From the human T2T-CHM13v2.0 reference genome, Homo sapiens, in assembly GCF_009914755.1 (NCBI RefSeq), contig NC_060946.1: a stretch of DNA of 64,000 nt; one strand, 5' to 3'. The position numbers and the translations under genes are program-made. The notes below the pieces were generated by a model. The model saw only the letters and a list, made by a program, of their open reading frames with translations, made no database searches and was not told the origin of the DNA. Positions 17,036 through 32,500 of this stretch are shown piece after piece; the first letter of the stretch is position 1; each line of letters begins with the position of its first letter.

Positions 17036-18047
17036 GGATGGAGGCAACATGGCCGAATAGGAACAGCTCCAGTCTACACCTCCCAGCGTCAGTGATGCAG
17101 AAGACAGGTGATATCTGCATTTCCAACTGAGGTACAAGGTTCATCTCAATGGGGAGTGCTGGACAGTGGGTGCAGCACACCATGCATGAGCCAAAGCAGG
17201 GCAAGGCATCACCTCACCTGGGAAGCACAATGGGTCAGGGAATTCCCTTTCCTAGTCAAAGAAAGAGGTGACAGATGGCATCTGGAAAATCAGGTCACTC
17301 CCACCCTAATACTGCGCTTTTCCAACAGGCTTATCAAATGGCACACCAGGAGATTGTATCCAGCACCTGGCTTGGAGGATCCTACACCCACGGAGCCTCG
17401 CTGTTTGCTAGCACAGCAGTCTGAGATCAAACTGCAAGGTTACAGTGGACCTGGGGGAGGGGCGCCCGCCATTGCTCAGGCTTGAGTAAGTAAACAAAGC
17501 AGCCAGGAAGTTCGAACTGGGTGGAGCCCAACACAGCTCAAGGAGGCCAGCCTGCCTCCTTAGGCTCCACCTCTGGGGGCAGGGCACAGACAAACAAAAG
17601 ACAGCAATAACCCCTGCAGACTTAAATGTCCCTGTCTGACAGCTTTGAAGAGAGTAGTGGTTCTCCCAGCATGCAGCTTGAGATCTGAGAACAGGCAGAC
17701 AGCCTCCTCAAGTGAGTTCCTGACCCCTGAGTAGCCTAACTGGGAGGCACCCCCCCGTAGTGGCAGACTGACATCTCACATGGCTGGGTACCCCTCTGAG
17801 TCAAAACTTCCAGAGGAACGATCAGGCAGCAGCATTTGCAGTTCACCACTATCCACTGTTCTGCAGCCACCGCTGCTGATACCCAGGCAAATAGTGTCTG
17901 GAGTAGACCTCCAGTAAACTCCAACAGACCTGCAGCTGAGGGTCCTGACTGTTAGAAGGAAAACTAACAAACAGAAAGGACATCCACACCAAAAATCCAT
18001 CTGTATGTCACCATCATCAAGGAACAAAGGAAGATAAAACCACAAAG
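17036..18047 (+). promoter_or_regulatory. L1 5'UTR internal promoter region (CpG-decayed)
   Basis: Homologous to the L1PA 5'UTR. The YY1 motif CAAGATGGCC is altered to CAACATGGCC and many CpGs have become TpG/CpA. Activity is not shown. Confidence 0.6.
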
Positions 18048-19063
18048 ATTGGAAAAAACAGAGCAGAAAAACTGGAAACTCTAAAAATCAGAGTGCCTCT
18101 CCTCCTGCAAAGGAATGCAGCTCCTCACCAGCAATGGAACAAAGCTGGACGGAGTGTGACTTTGACGAGTTGAGAGAGGAAGGCTTCAGAAGATCAAAGT
18201 ACTCCGAGCTAAAGGAGTAAGTTCAAACCAATGGCAAAGAAGTTAAAAATTTGAAAAAAAAATTAGACGAATGGATAACTAGAATAACAAATGCAGAGAA
18301 GTCCTTAAGGGACCTGATGGAGCTGAAAACCATGGCACAAGAACTACATGACAAATGCATAAGCCTCAGTAACCGATGTGATCAACTGGAAGAAAGAGTA
18401 TCAGCGATGGAAAACGAAATGAATGAAATAAAGCATGAAGAGAAGTTTAGAGAAAAAGGAATAGAAGAAATGAACAAAGCCTCCAAGAAAATATGGGACT
18501 ATGTGAAAAGACCAAATGTATGTCTAATTGGTGTACCTGAAAGTGATGGGGAGAATGGAACCAAGTTGCAAAACACTCTGCAGGATATTATCCAGGAGAA
18601 CTTCCCCAATCTAGTAAGGCAGGCCAACATACAAATTCAGAAAATACAGAGAATGCCACAAAGATACTCCTCGAGAAGAGCAACTCCAAGACACATAATT
18701 GTCAAATTCACCAAAGTTGAAATGAATGAAAAAATTTTAAAGGCAGCCAGAGAAAAAGGTCAGGTTACCCACAAAAGGAAGCCCATCAGACTAACTGCTG
18801 ATCTCTCCTCAGAAACTCTACAAGCCAGAAGAGAGTAAGGGCCAATATTCAATATTCTTAAAGAAAAGAATTTTCAACCCAGAATTTCATATCCAGCCAA
18901 ACTAAGCTTCATAAGTGAAGGAGAAATAATATACTCCACAGACAAGAAAATGCTGAGAGATTTTGTCACCACCAGGCCTGCCCTAAAAGAGCTCCTGAAG
19001 GAAGCACTAAACATGGAAAGGAACAACTGGTACCAGCCATTGCAAAAACATGCCAAATTGTAA
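18048..19063 (+). pseudogene. L1 ORF1p (RNA-binding chaperone), disrupted
   Basis: Start ATG mutated to ATT (18,048). Peptide WITRITNAEKSL...WDYVKRPN...RYSSRRATPRHIIVKF, with internal stops (e.g. TAA at 18,836). The native end GCCAAATTGTAA is present. Confidence 0.9.
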
Positions 19064-19126
19064 AGACCGTCAAGGCTAGGAAGAAACTGCATCAACTAAC
19101 GAGGAAAATAACCAGCTAACATCATA

Positions 19127-22945
<3,819 letters not shown>

Positions 22946-24418
22946 ACAATGAGAAAACATGGATGCAGGAAGGGGAACATCACACACTGGGGACAGTTGT
23001 GGGGTGGGGGGAGGGGGGAAGGATAGCATTAGGAGATATCCCTAATATTAAATGACGAGTTAATGGGTGCAGCACACCAACATGGCCCATGTATACATAT
23101 CTAACAAACCCGCACGTTGTGCACATGTACCCTAAAACTTAAAATATAATAATAAAAAAATTAACAGGAGACTTTTATACAGATAAATTTGCTTTGCATC
23201 ATGATCAGCACTAAAGAGCATCATAGATTTAAACCATATTTACACAGTTAAAACAATGTAACCAAATATGCAATATATTATGTAACATTCTACAAGATGC
23301 TTTCAAACATGCAAACTGACCTTTAAAACAATTTTGCATAAAATAACATTTTTAGGTAAGAGAAAATACAGACATGTGGTTAGGGCAAAATATTTCTGTT
23401 CAAATTACAAAATACTGAATGACAAATCACAGGATAGAAAAGAATTATATTGTACCTGGAATTTGAAGTCTTCAAATATATTTAGATATATGTATCTATA
23501 TGTATTGAGACATATTTAACTGATTATAAGTTTAAAACATTTATATTTTGAAGATGTCATTCTTTAAAAATTATTAATATCTACAGGATTGATACAGATA
23601 TTTTAATTTTAAACAAATATTTTTCACTAATGTGACCAGTATTTATGTCCTATTTCATTAAACAGACATTTCAAGATTTTTTAGAGTTAATTTTTAAAAA
23701 TTAAGTATCGCAAATATTTCTGAAGTACCACCTTAAAAAATAAAACTCTTTCCTAGCTTTTCATATAGTTAAACATTTTCATAATGACTAAAAAGATAAA
23801 AATAAATTAACAACCATAATTAATTTAGAATTCTACTTTTTATATCAGATGAAATACTATATAAAATCTCCAGAAAATCTAGTGTTAATGAGGCTGTGCA
23901 GCCTGGACATTTGATGTCTCATCTGTGGGAATGTGAACTAACCCAACCATTCTGAATAATTACTGGCTCTGTGTGTTAACAGTCTAGAGTCCTGAAACAA
24001 GGATCTTAATTCTAAAATAAAATCCTATTCTAAGAATTTACCAAGGGTTGATAATCAAGGAAGTTTCAAAGTTATAGAGAAGAACCTTCATCCTAGCATT
24101 ATATATGTAATCATCCATATAAACCAGATAGTGTTGAATGAAACTGCAGAAAAACAAAGAGCCTACAGAATATGTTTCTCTTTGTGTACAACGGTAAATG
24201 TACACATCTATCCATGTAAAATTTTACATCTCAGGAGGATAGGTACCAACATGTTAACATGCTATATCTATAAGATAAGAAATTTTACTTTCCTACAATA
24301 TCATACACACACACACACACTCTCAAACACACATACACACACACCGAGGATATATACACACACAAATATATATATAAACATACATGTTTATATAGGTACA
24401 CACACACATACATATACA

Positions 24419-24696
24419 CAGATGGTCAACAACTTATAATGGTTCAATTTATGATTTTTTTTTTACTTTATGATGAAGCAAAAGTGATAGCTTTGAATAG
24501 AATATAACCATTCTGCTTTTCACTTTCAGTACAATATTCAACAAATTACATAAAATATCCAATACTTTATTATAAAGTGGGTTTTGTATTCAATGATTTT
24601 GCCCAATTGTCAGCTGATGTAAGTGTTCTGAGCACATTAAAGTATGCCAGGCTAAGCTGTGATATTCAGTAAGTTAGGTATTAAATACATTTTTAA
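24419..24696 (-). mobile_element. Tigger4-type element, duplicated copy truncated by the deletion
   Basis: Reverse complement of 8,082-8,357, missing the first ~70 bp of the element. Confidence 0.7.
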
Positions 24697-25102
24697 AATA
24701 GAACACACACAAACTAAGATAATTTAACATGGGTTTATTTCCAAAGATACTACTTACGAAAATGTCAGGGGAGAAGGGTGAAGGAATCACAGAAATCACA
24801 CCCCACAATAACTCTGGGTTAGTAGCAGCAGGCAGAATTCTGGGGAGTAAACTGCCCTGATCACACAAGGAAACACTAATTTTCTTATGAAAAAGATTGG
24901 TCAAGGAGACCTAGCAGAGAGAGAGTTTAGGCAATAACCCAATCCCATTTCCTCCTTCCCTTTAATCTCATGAACATGCATAGAAGGCAATGAGCAAGGG
25001 AACCGATTGAGATATTCAATATGGACCATTCCACTTGGACAAAAGCCAGTAAATAGGGGAGTATAACAGGGGACAAGGGTCAAACAGAAAGTATCTATTA
25101 CA
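24695..25102 (-). mobile_element. ERVL-type LTR, duplicated copy clipped by the deletion
   Basis: Reverse complement of ~6,662-7,071. Confidence 0.45.
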
Positions 25103-25989
25103 TTTACCAATGCAGATCAATCATGTCAACAATAGAAATGGCAGTTTTGGCATTTGGTTATTCAATGAAACTATATTTGTGGCTTTTTATTTACAATGTT
25201 TCAAGGTATGGGTGAAGATATGAAAATTTCAATATGTTCTATTGTATTTGAGATGTAAATGTTCTGGCACAATTATATACATTTTGGATCATATATTGAC
25301 AGTAAATTATTTCTCCTTTGTTAGCTTCAGCATAACATTAATATTTTCAACAACTTGAATGCATACATTGTGTTCTCACTAATAGTTTAGAATAGTGAAG
25401 GGGTCTTTGAAGAATTTCTTATGAAGTAGAGGCATTGGGTCAGACAGAGCCGAAAACCATTGGCTTAGATTAATCACTATTTATCCTAGGGCTGAAGAGG
25501 GCCAATTGAAGACACAAATATCCAATCCCTCTATGACCTTGGAGATCTAGGAACCAGAGAAATAGAGACTGGTTCTTAAGGAGGTAATAAGTGTGCCTTC
25601 TATGGTTTATAATAATATGCATTGTCTTAACAATCGAATACTTAAAAGTTAATGCCCTCATAATATGCAAAATTTTTAATAAGCACATTGGTCCCTGTGT
25701 TAAAGTAGTTGATAATCAAATTAGTGCAGTATGGTAAGTCTTTTGAAGAGCATTAAACATCAGAGAATGTAAGAAATTTGTCCCTATAATAGTGTGGGCC
25801 TTCTGTGTTTCCTAAGGGCACATTCATATGATCTAATAACTGAGCAGAGAGAAGCCTAAAGGATAGTTTATGGTTTCATTTGTTTGTCTTTGCCAATTAA
25901 CATACATTTCTAGATTAAAAGTCAACTATCTGTTCCTTGGGAGTCAACTATAGGAGAAGATAGTGAAGAGGCAAGGAAAATTACAGCAG

Positions 25990-26350
25990 CTCAACAGCTT
26001 TACCCTGGAAATATCTGTATTGTGTACCGCTATAGCCTACCTTTACAGGCACATAACAATGTCAAAGAGGCAATCTTGGCACCATTGCTCTTAGTGAATC
26101 CCTGCTGCCAGCCTTTTATCCTAAGTGCTCTCCAAAGACCCATTTAATGGACCTTCCTGAAATTGTGCTCAGGATCAATATGAGGCTCATTAATACAGCA
26201 TTTTTGGAACTCACCATTTGCTTATTTATTAAACTTGGGATAGTTGCCAGACTTCTATCAACTGAAATCCTCTCCAAGACTTCAAAATTACCAACATTGG
26301 TTCCAACATCATTCCTAGAAAACATTTCGTGGAGTATATTTATCTAACAT
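25990..26350 (-). mobile_element. CR1/L3 RT relic, duplicated copy
   Basis: Reverse complement of ~5,410-5,770. ORF 26116-26325(-) mirrors 5345-5647(+). Confidence 0.55.
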
Positions 26351-26509
26351 TTGACTGTATTTATAGCAGTAAGAATCTATGATGATTCCTCCCAAAATAA
26401 TCCCACAATTACCAATTTTGGCTCACCTTTGAGGGTCATACCCTTAATATCAGAGATCTGCTCTATACATTTGAGTCTTAGAAATAATTCTAAGGTCTAA
26501 GTATTCAAC

Positions 26510-29500
26510 AGAAAGGTTGAATTCTGTGACATGAATTCACACATCACAAAGAGGTTTTTCAGAAATCTTCTGTCTGGTTTTTAGGTGACGATACTTCCTT
26601 TTTCACCACGGGCCTCAAATATCTCCAAATATCCATTTGCAGATTCTACAGAAAGACTTTCCAAACTGCTCAATCAAAAGAAAGGTTCAACACGGTGAGA
26701 TGAAGGCACACATCACCAAGAAGTTTCTCAGTAACCTTCTGTCTAGTTTTTAGGTGAAGATACTTCGTATTTCACCACAGGCCTTAAAGGGCTCACAAAT
26801 ATCCCTCTGCAGGTTCTACAAAAAGACTGTTTCCAAACTGATCAATCAAAGGAGAGGTTCAACTCTGTGACATGAATGGACACATCACAAACAATTTCTT
26901 GGAATGCTTCCGTCTAGTTTTTATGGGAAGATATTTCTCTTTCACCATAAGCCTCAAACGGATCAGAATTCTCCCTTTGCAGGTTGTACGATAAGCCTCT
27001 TTCCAATCTGCTCAATCAAAAGAAAGTTTCCACTCGGTGAGGTGAATGCACACATCGCAAGGGAGTTTCTCAGAAAGCTTCTGTTTAGTTTTTACGTGAA
27101 GATATTTCGTTTTTCACCACGGGCATCTAAAGCTCTCCAAATATCCATTTGCAGATTCTAGAAAAAGAGTGTTTCCAAACTCCTCAATCAAAGGATAGTT
27201 TCAATTCTGTGAGATGAAAGCACACATCACAACGAAGTTTCTTAGAAAGCTTCTGTGTAGTTTTCATGTGAAGATACTTCACATTGCATCACAGTACTCA
27301 ATGGGCTCAGAAATATCCCCTTGCAGATTCTACAAAAGGACTGTTTCAAAACTGCTCAATCCAAAGAAAGTTTCAACTATGTGAGATGAATGCACACGTC
27401 ACAAAGACGTTCCTCAGAATGCTTCTGTCTTGTTTACATGTGAAGAAGATTCCTATTTCACCATAGGCAATAAAGGGCTCACAAATATTTTTTGCAGATT
27501 CTACAAAAAGACTGTATCCAAACTGCTCAATAAAAAGAAAGTTTTAACTCTGTTACATCAATGGACACATCAACAAGTAGTTTCTCAGAAAACTTCTGTG
27601 TAGTTTTTATGTGAAGATACTTCCTTTGTCACCATTGGCCTCAAAGCACTCCTAATATCCATTTACAGATGTCACAGAAAGAGTGTTTCCAAACTGCTCA
27701 ATCAAAAGAAAGTGTTTAACTCTGTGAGGTGAAAGCACACATCTCAAAGAAGTTTGTCCGAAAGCTTCGGACTAGTTTTCATGTGATGATATTTCCAGTC
27801 TCACCATAGGACTCAAAGGGCTAAGAAATATCCCTTTCCAGGTTCTAAAAGACCACCATTTCCATACTTCTCAATCAAAAGAAACGTTAAATTCTGTGAG
27901 GTTAATGCACACATCAGAATGAAGTTTCTCAGAATTCTCCTGTCTAGTTTTCATGTGAAGATATTTACTATTTCACTATAGGCTTCAAATGTCTCAAAAA
28001 TATCCCTTTGCAGATTCTACAAAAATATGCCTTCCAAAGTGCTGAATTAAAAGAAACCTTCAACTCTGTCAGATGAATGGAGACATCACAAAGAAGTTCC
28101 TCAGAATGCTTCTGTCTAGTTTAAATGTGAAGACATTTCTTTTTCACCATAGACCTTAAAGGGCTCAGAGTTAGACCTTTGCAGATTGCAGAGAAAGACT
28201 GTCTCTAAACTGCTCAAATAACTTAAAGTTTCAACACGGTGAGATGAATGCACACATCACAAAGAAGTTCCTCAGAAAGCTTCTGTCTGGTTTTTATGTG
28301 AAGATATTTCCTTTTTCACCATAGGTCTTACACCGCTCACGAATATCCTTCTGCAGATACTATAAAAAGACGGTTTCCAAACTGCTCCATCAAAAGAAAA
28401 TTTCACCTATCTGAGATGAATGCACACATCATACAGAAGTTCCTCAGAATTCTTCTGTCTAGTTTTTATGTGAAGATGTTTCCATTTTCACCTTAGGCCA
28501 CAAAGCGCCCCAAACATCCGTTTGCAGATGATACGAAAAGACTGTTTCCAAACTGCTCAATCAAGATTAATTTTCAACCCTGTGAGATGAAAGCACACAT
28601 CACAAAAAAGTTTCTCAGAAATCTTCTGTCTCGCTTTTATCTCAAGATAATTCCTATTTTGCCATAGGAATCAAGGGGCTCAGATATACCCCTTTGCAGA
28701 TTCTACAAATGTTCTCCTTACAAACTTCTCAATCAAAAGAAACGTTCAACATTGTGAGATGAATGAACACATCCCAAAGACGTTTCTCAGGTTGCTTCTG
28801 TCTGGTTGCTATGTGAAGATGTTTCCTTTTTCACCATAGTCTTTAAGCCACTCAAAAATATCTGTCTGCAGACTCTACCAAAAGACTGTTTCCAAACTGG
28901 CCCATATAGCATGTTTCAACTATGTGAAATGAATGCACTCATCAAAAAGAAGTTTCTCAGGATTCTCCTGTCTAGTTTTTATGTGAAGATATTTCCTTTT
29001 TCACCGTAGGCCACAAATTGCTCCAAATATCCATTTGCAGATTCTACAAAAAGAATGTTCCCAAACTGGTCAATCAAAAGAAAGGCACAACTCTGTGAGA
29101 CGAAAGCACACATCACAAAGAAGTTTCTCGGAAAGCCTCTGTCTGCATTTTATGTGAAGGTATTTCCTTTGGCACCATAGGCCTTAAACCGCTCGCAAAT
29201 ATAACTCCACTTATACTACCAAGAGACTTTCTCCAAATTGCTAAATCAAAAGAAAGGTTCAACTCTGTGAGATGAATACACACATCAAAAAGAAGTTTCT
29301 CAAAATGCTTCTGTCTAGTTTTCATGGGAAGATATTTATTTTTCACCGTTGGCCCCAAACCGCTCAGAAATATCCCTTTGCAGTTTGTAGAAAAAGACTG
29401 CTTCCAAACTGCTCAATGAAAGGAAATGGTCAACTATTAGAGATGAATGGAAATGTCACAAACAGTTTTCTCAAAAAGCTACTGTGTCGTTTTTATGTGA

Positions 29501-32500
29501 AGACATTGCCTTTGGCACCCTAGGCCTTAAAACTCTCTCAGTACACATTCACAGATTCTACAAAAGGACTGATTCCAAACTGCTCAATCAGAAGAAGGGT
29601 TCAATTCCGTGTGGCAAACGTGCACATCACCAAGGAATTTGTCAGAAAGCTTCTGTCTACTTTTTATGTGAAGATATTTCATATTTCAACAAAGGCCATA
29701 AAGGGCTCACAAATATCCCTTCGCAGATTCTAAGAAAAGACGTTTTCCAAACTCCTCAATCAAAAGAAAGGTTTAACTCTGTGAGATGAATGGACACATC
29801 ACGAAGAAGTTTCTCAGAAAGCTTCTGTCTAGTTTTTCTGTGAAGATATTTCTTTTTCACCATAGGCCTCAAGCAGCTAAGAAATTTCCCTCTGCAGCTT
29901 CTACCAAAGACTGTTTCCAAACTGCTCAAGTGAAAGAAAGGTTGAATTCTGTGACATGAATTCACACATCACAAAGAGGTTTTTCAGAAATCTTCTGTCT
30001 GGTTTTTAGGTGACGATACTTCCTTTTTCAGCACGGGCCTCAAATATCTCCAAATATCCATTTGCAGATTCTACAGAAAGACTTTCCAAACTGCTCAATC
30101 AAAAGAAGGTTCAACACTGTGAGATGAAGGCACACATCACCAAGAAGTTTCTCAGAAACCTTCTGTCTAGTTTTTAGGTGAAGATACTTCGTATTTCACC
30201 ACAGGCCATAAAGGGCTCACAAATATCCCTTTGCAGGTTCTACAAAAAGACTGTTTCCAAACTGATCAATCAAAGGAGAGGTTCAACTCTGTGACGTGAA
30301 TGGACACATCACAAACAATTTCTTGGAATGCTTCCGTCTAGTTTTTATGGGAAGATATTTCGCTTTCACCATAAGCCTCAAACGGATCAGAATTCTCCCT
30401 TTGCAGGTTGTACGATAAGCCTCTTTCCAATCTGCTCAATCAAAAGAAAGTTTCCACTCGGTGAGGTGAATGCACACATCGCAAGGGAGTTTCTCAGAAA
30501 GCTTCTGTTTAGTTTTTACTTGAAGATATTTCGTTTTTCACCACGGGCCTCTAAAGCTCTCCAAATATCCATTTGCAGATCCTAGAAAAAGAGTGTTTCC
30601 AAACTCCTCAATCAAAGGATAGTTTCAATTCTGTGAGATGAAAGCACACATCACAACGAAGTTTCTTAGAAAGCTTCTGTGTAGTTTTTATGTGAAGATA
30701 CTTCACATTGCATCACAGTACTCAATGGGCTCAGAAATATCCCCTTGCAGATCCTACAAAAGGACTGTTTCAAAACTGCTCAATCCAAAGAAAGTTTCAA
30801 CTATGTGAGATAAATGCACACGTCACGAAGACGTTCCTCAGAATGCTTCTGTCTTGTTTACATGTGAAGAAGATTCCTGTTTCACCATAGGTAATAAAGG
30901 GCTCACAAATATTTTTTGCAGATTCTACAAAAAGACTGTATCCAAACTGCTCAATAAAAAGAAAGTTTTAACTCTGTTACATCAATGGACACATCAACAA
31001 GTAGTTTCTCAGAAAACTTCTGTGTAGTTTTTATGTGAAGATACTTCCTTTGTCACCATTGGCCTCAAAGCACTCCTAATATCCATTTACAGATGTCACA
31101 GAAAGAGTGTTTCCAAACTGCTCAATCAAAAGAAAGTGTTTAACTCTGTGAGGTGAAAGCACACATCTCAAAGAAGTTTGTCCGAAAGCTTCGGACTAGT
31201 TTTCATGTGATGATATTTCCAGTCTCACCATAGGCCTCAAAGGGCTAAGAAATATCCCTTTCCAGGTTCTAAAAGACCACCATTTCCATACTTCTCAATC
31301 AAAAGAAAGGTTAAATTCTGTGAGGTTAATGCACACATCAGAATGAAGTTTCTCAGAATTCTCCTGTCTAGTTTTCATGTGAAGATATTTACTATTTCAC
31401 TATAGGCTTCAAATGTCTCAAAAATATCCCTTTGCAGATTCTACAAAAATATGCTTTCCAAAGTGCTGAATTAAAAGAAACCTTCAACTCTGTCAGATGA
31501 ATGGAGACATCACAAAGAAGTTCCTCAGAATGCTTCTGTCTAGTTGAAATGTGAAGACATTTCTTTTTCACCATAGACCTCAAAGGGCTCAGAGTTAGAC
31601 CTTTGCAGATTGCAGAGAAAGACTGTCTCTAAACTGCTCAAATAACATAAAGTTTCAACACGGTGAGATGAATGCACACATCACAAAGAAGTTCCTCAGA
31701 AAGCTTCTGTCTGGTTTTTATGTGAAGATATTTCCTTTTTCACCATAGGTCTTACACCGCTCACGAATATCCTTCTGCAGATACTATAAAAAGACGGTTT
31801 CCAAACTGCTCCATCAAAAGAAAATTTCACCTATCTGAGATGAATGCACACATCATACAGAAGTTCCTCAGAATTCTTCTGTCTAGTTTTTATGTGAAGA
31901 TGTTTCCATTTTCACCTTAGGCCACAAAGCGCCCCAAACATCCGTTTGCAGATGATACGAAAAGACTGTTTCCAAACTGCTCAATCAAGATTAATTTTCA
32001 ACTCTGTGAGATGAAAGCACACATCACAAAAAAGTTTCTCAGAAATCTTCTGTCTCGCTTTTATCTCAAGATAATTCCTATTTTGCCATAGGAATCAAGG
32101 GGCTCACATATACCCCTTTGCAGATTCTACAAATGTTCTCCTTACAAACTTCTCAATCAAAAGAAACGTTCAACATTGTGAGATGAATGAACACATCCCA
32201 AAGACGTTTCTCAGGTTGCTTCTGTCTGGTTGCTATGTGAAGATGTTTCCTTTTTCACCATAGTCTTTAAGCCACTCAAAAATATCTGTCTGCAGACTCT
32301 ACCAAAAGACCGTTTCCAAACTGGCCCATATAGCATGTTTCAACTATGTGAAATGAATGCACTCATCAAAAAGAAGTTTCTCAGGATTCTCCTGTCTAGT
32401 TTTTATGTGAAGATATTTCCTTTTTCACCGTAGGCCACAAATTGCTCCAAATATCCATTTGCAGATTCTACAAAAAGAATGTTCCCAAACTGGTCAATCA

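Noticed and set aside
27105-27125. Possible CENP-B box TTCGTTTTTCACCACGGG (once per HOR)
   Set aside because: The spacing between TTCG and CGGG is 10 nt rather than 7, the conserved A is absent, and it lies on the wrong strand for a canonical box.
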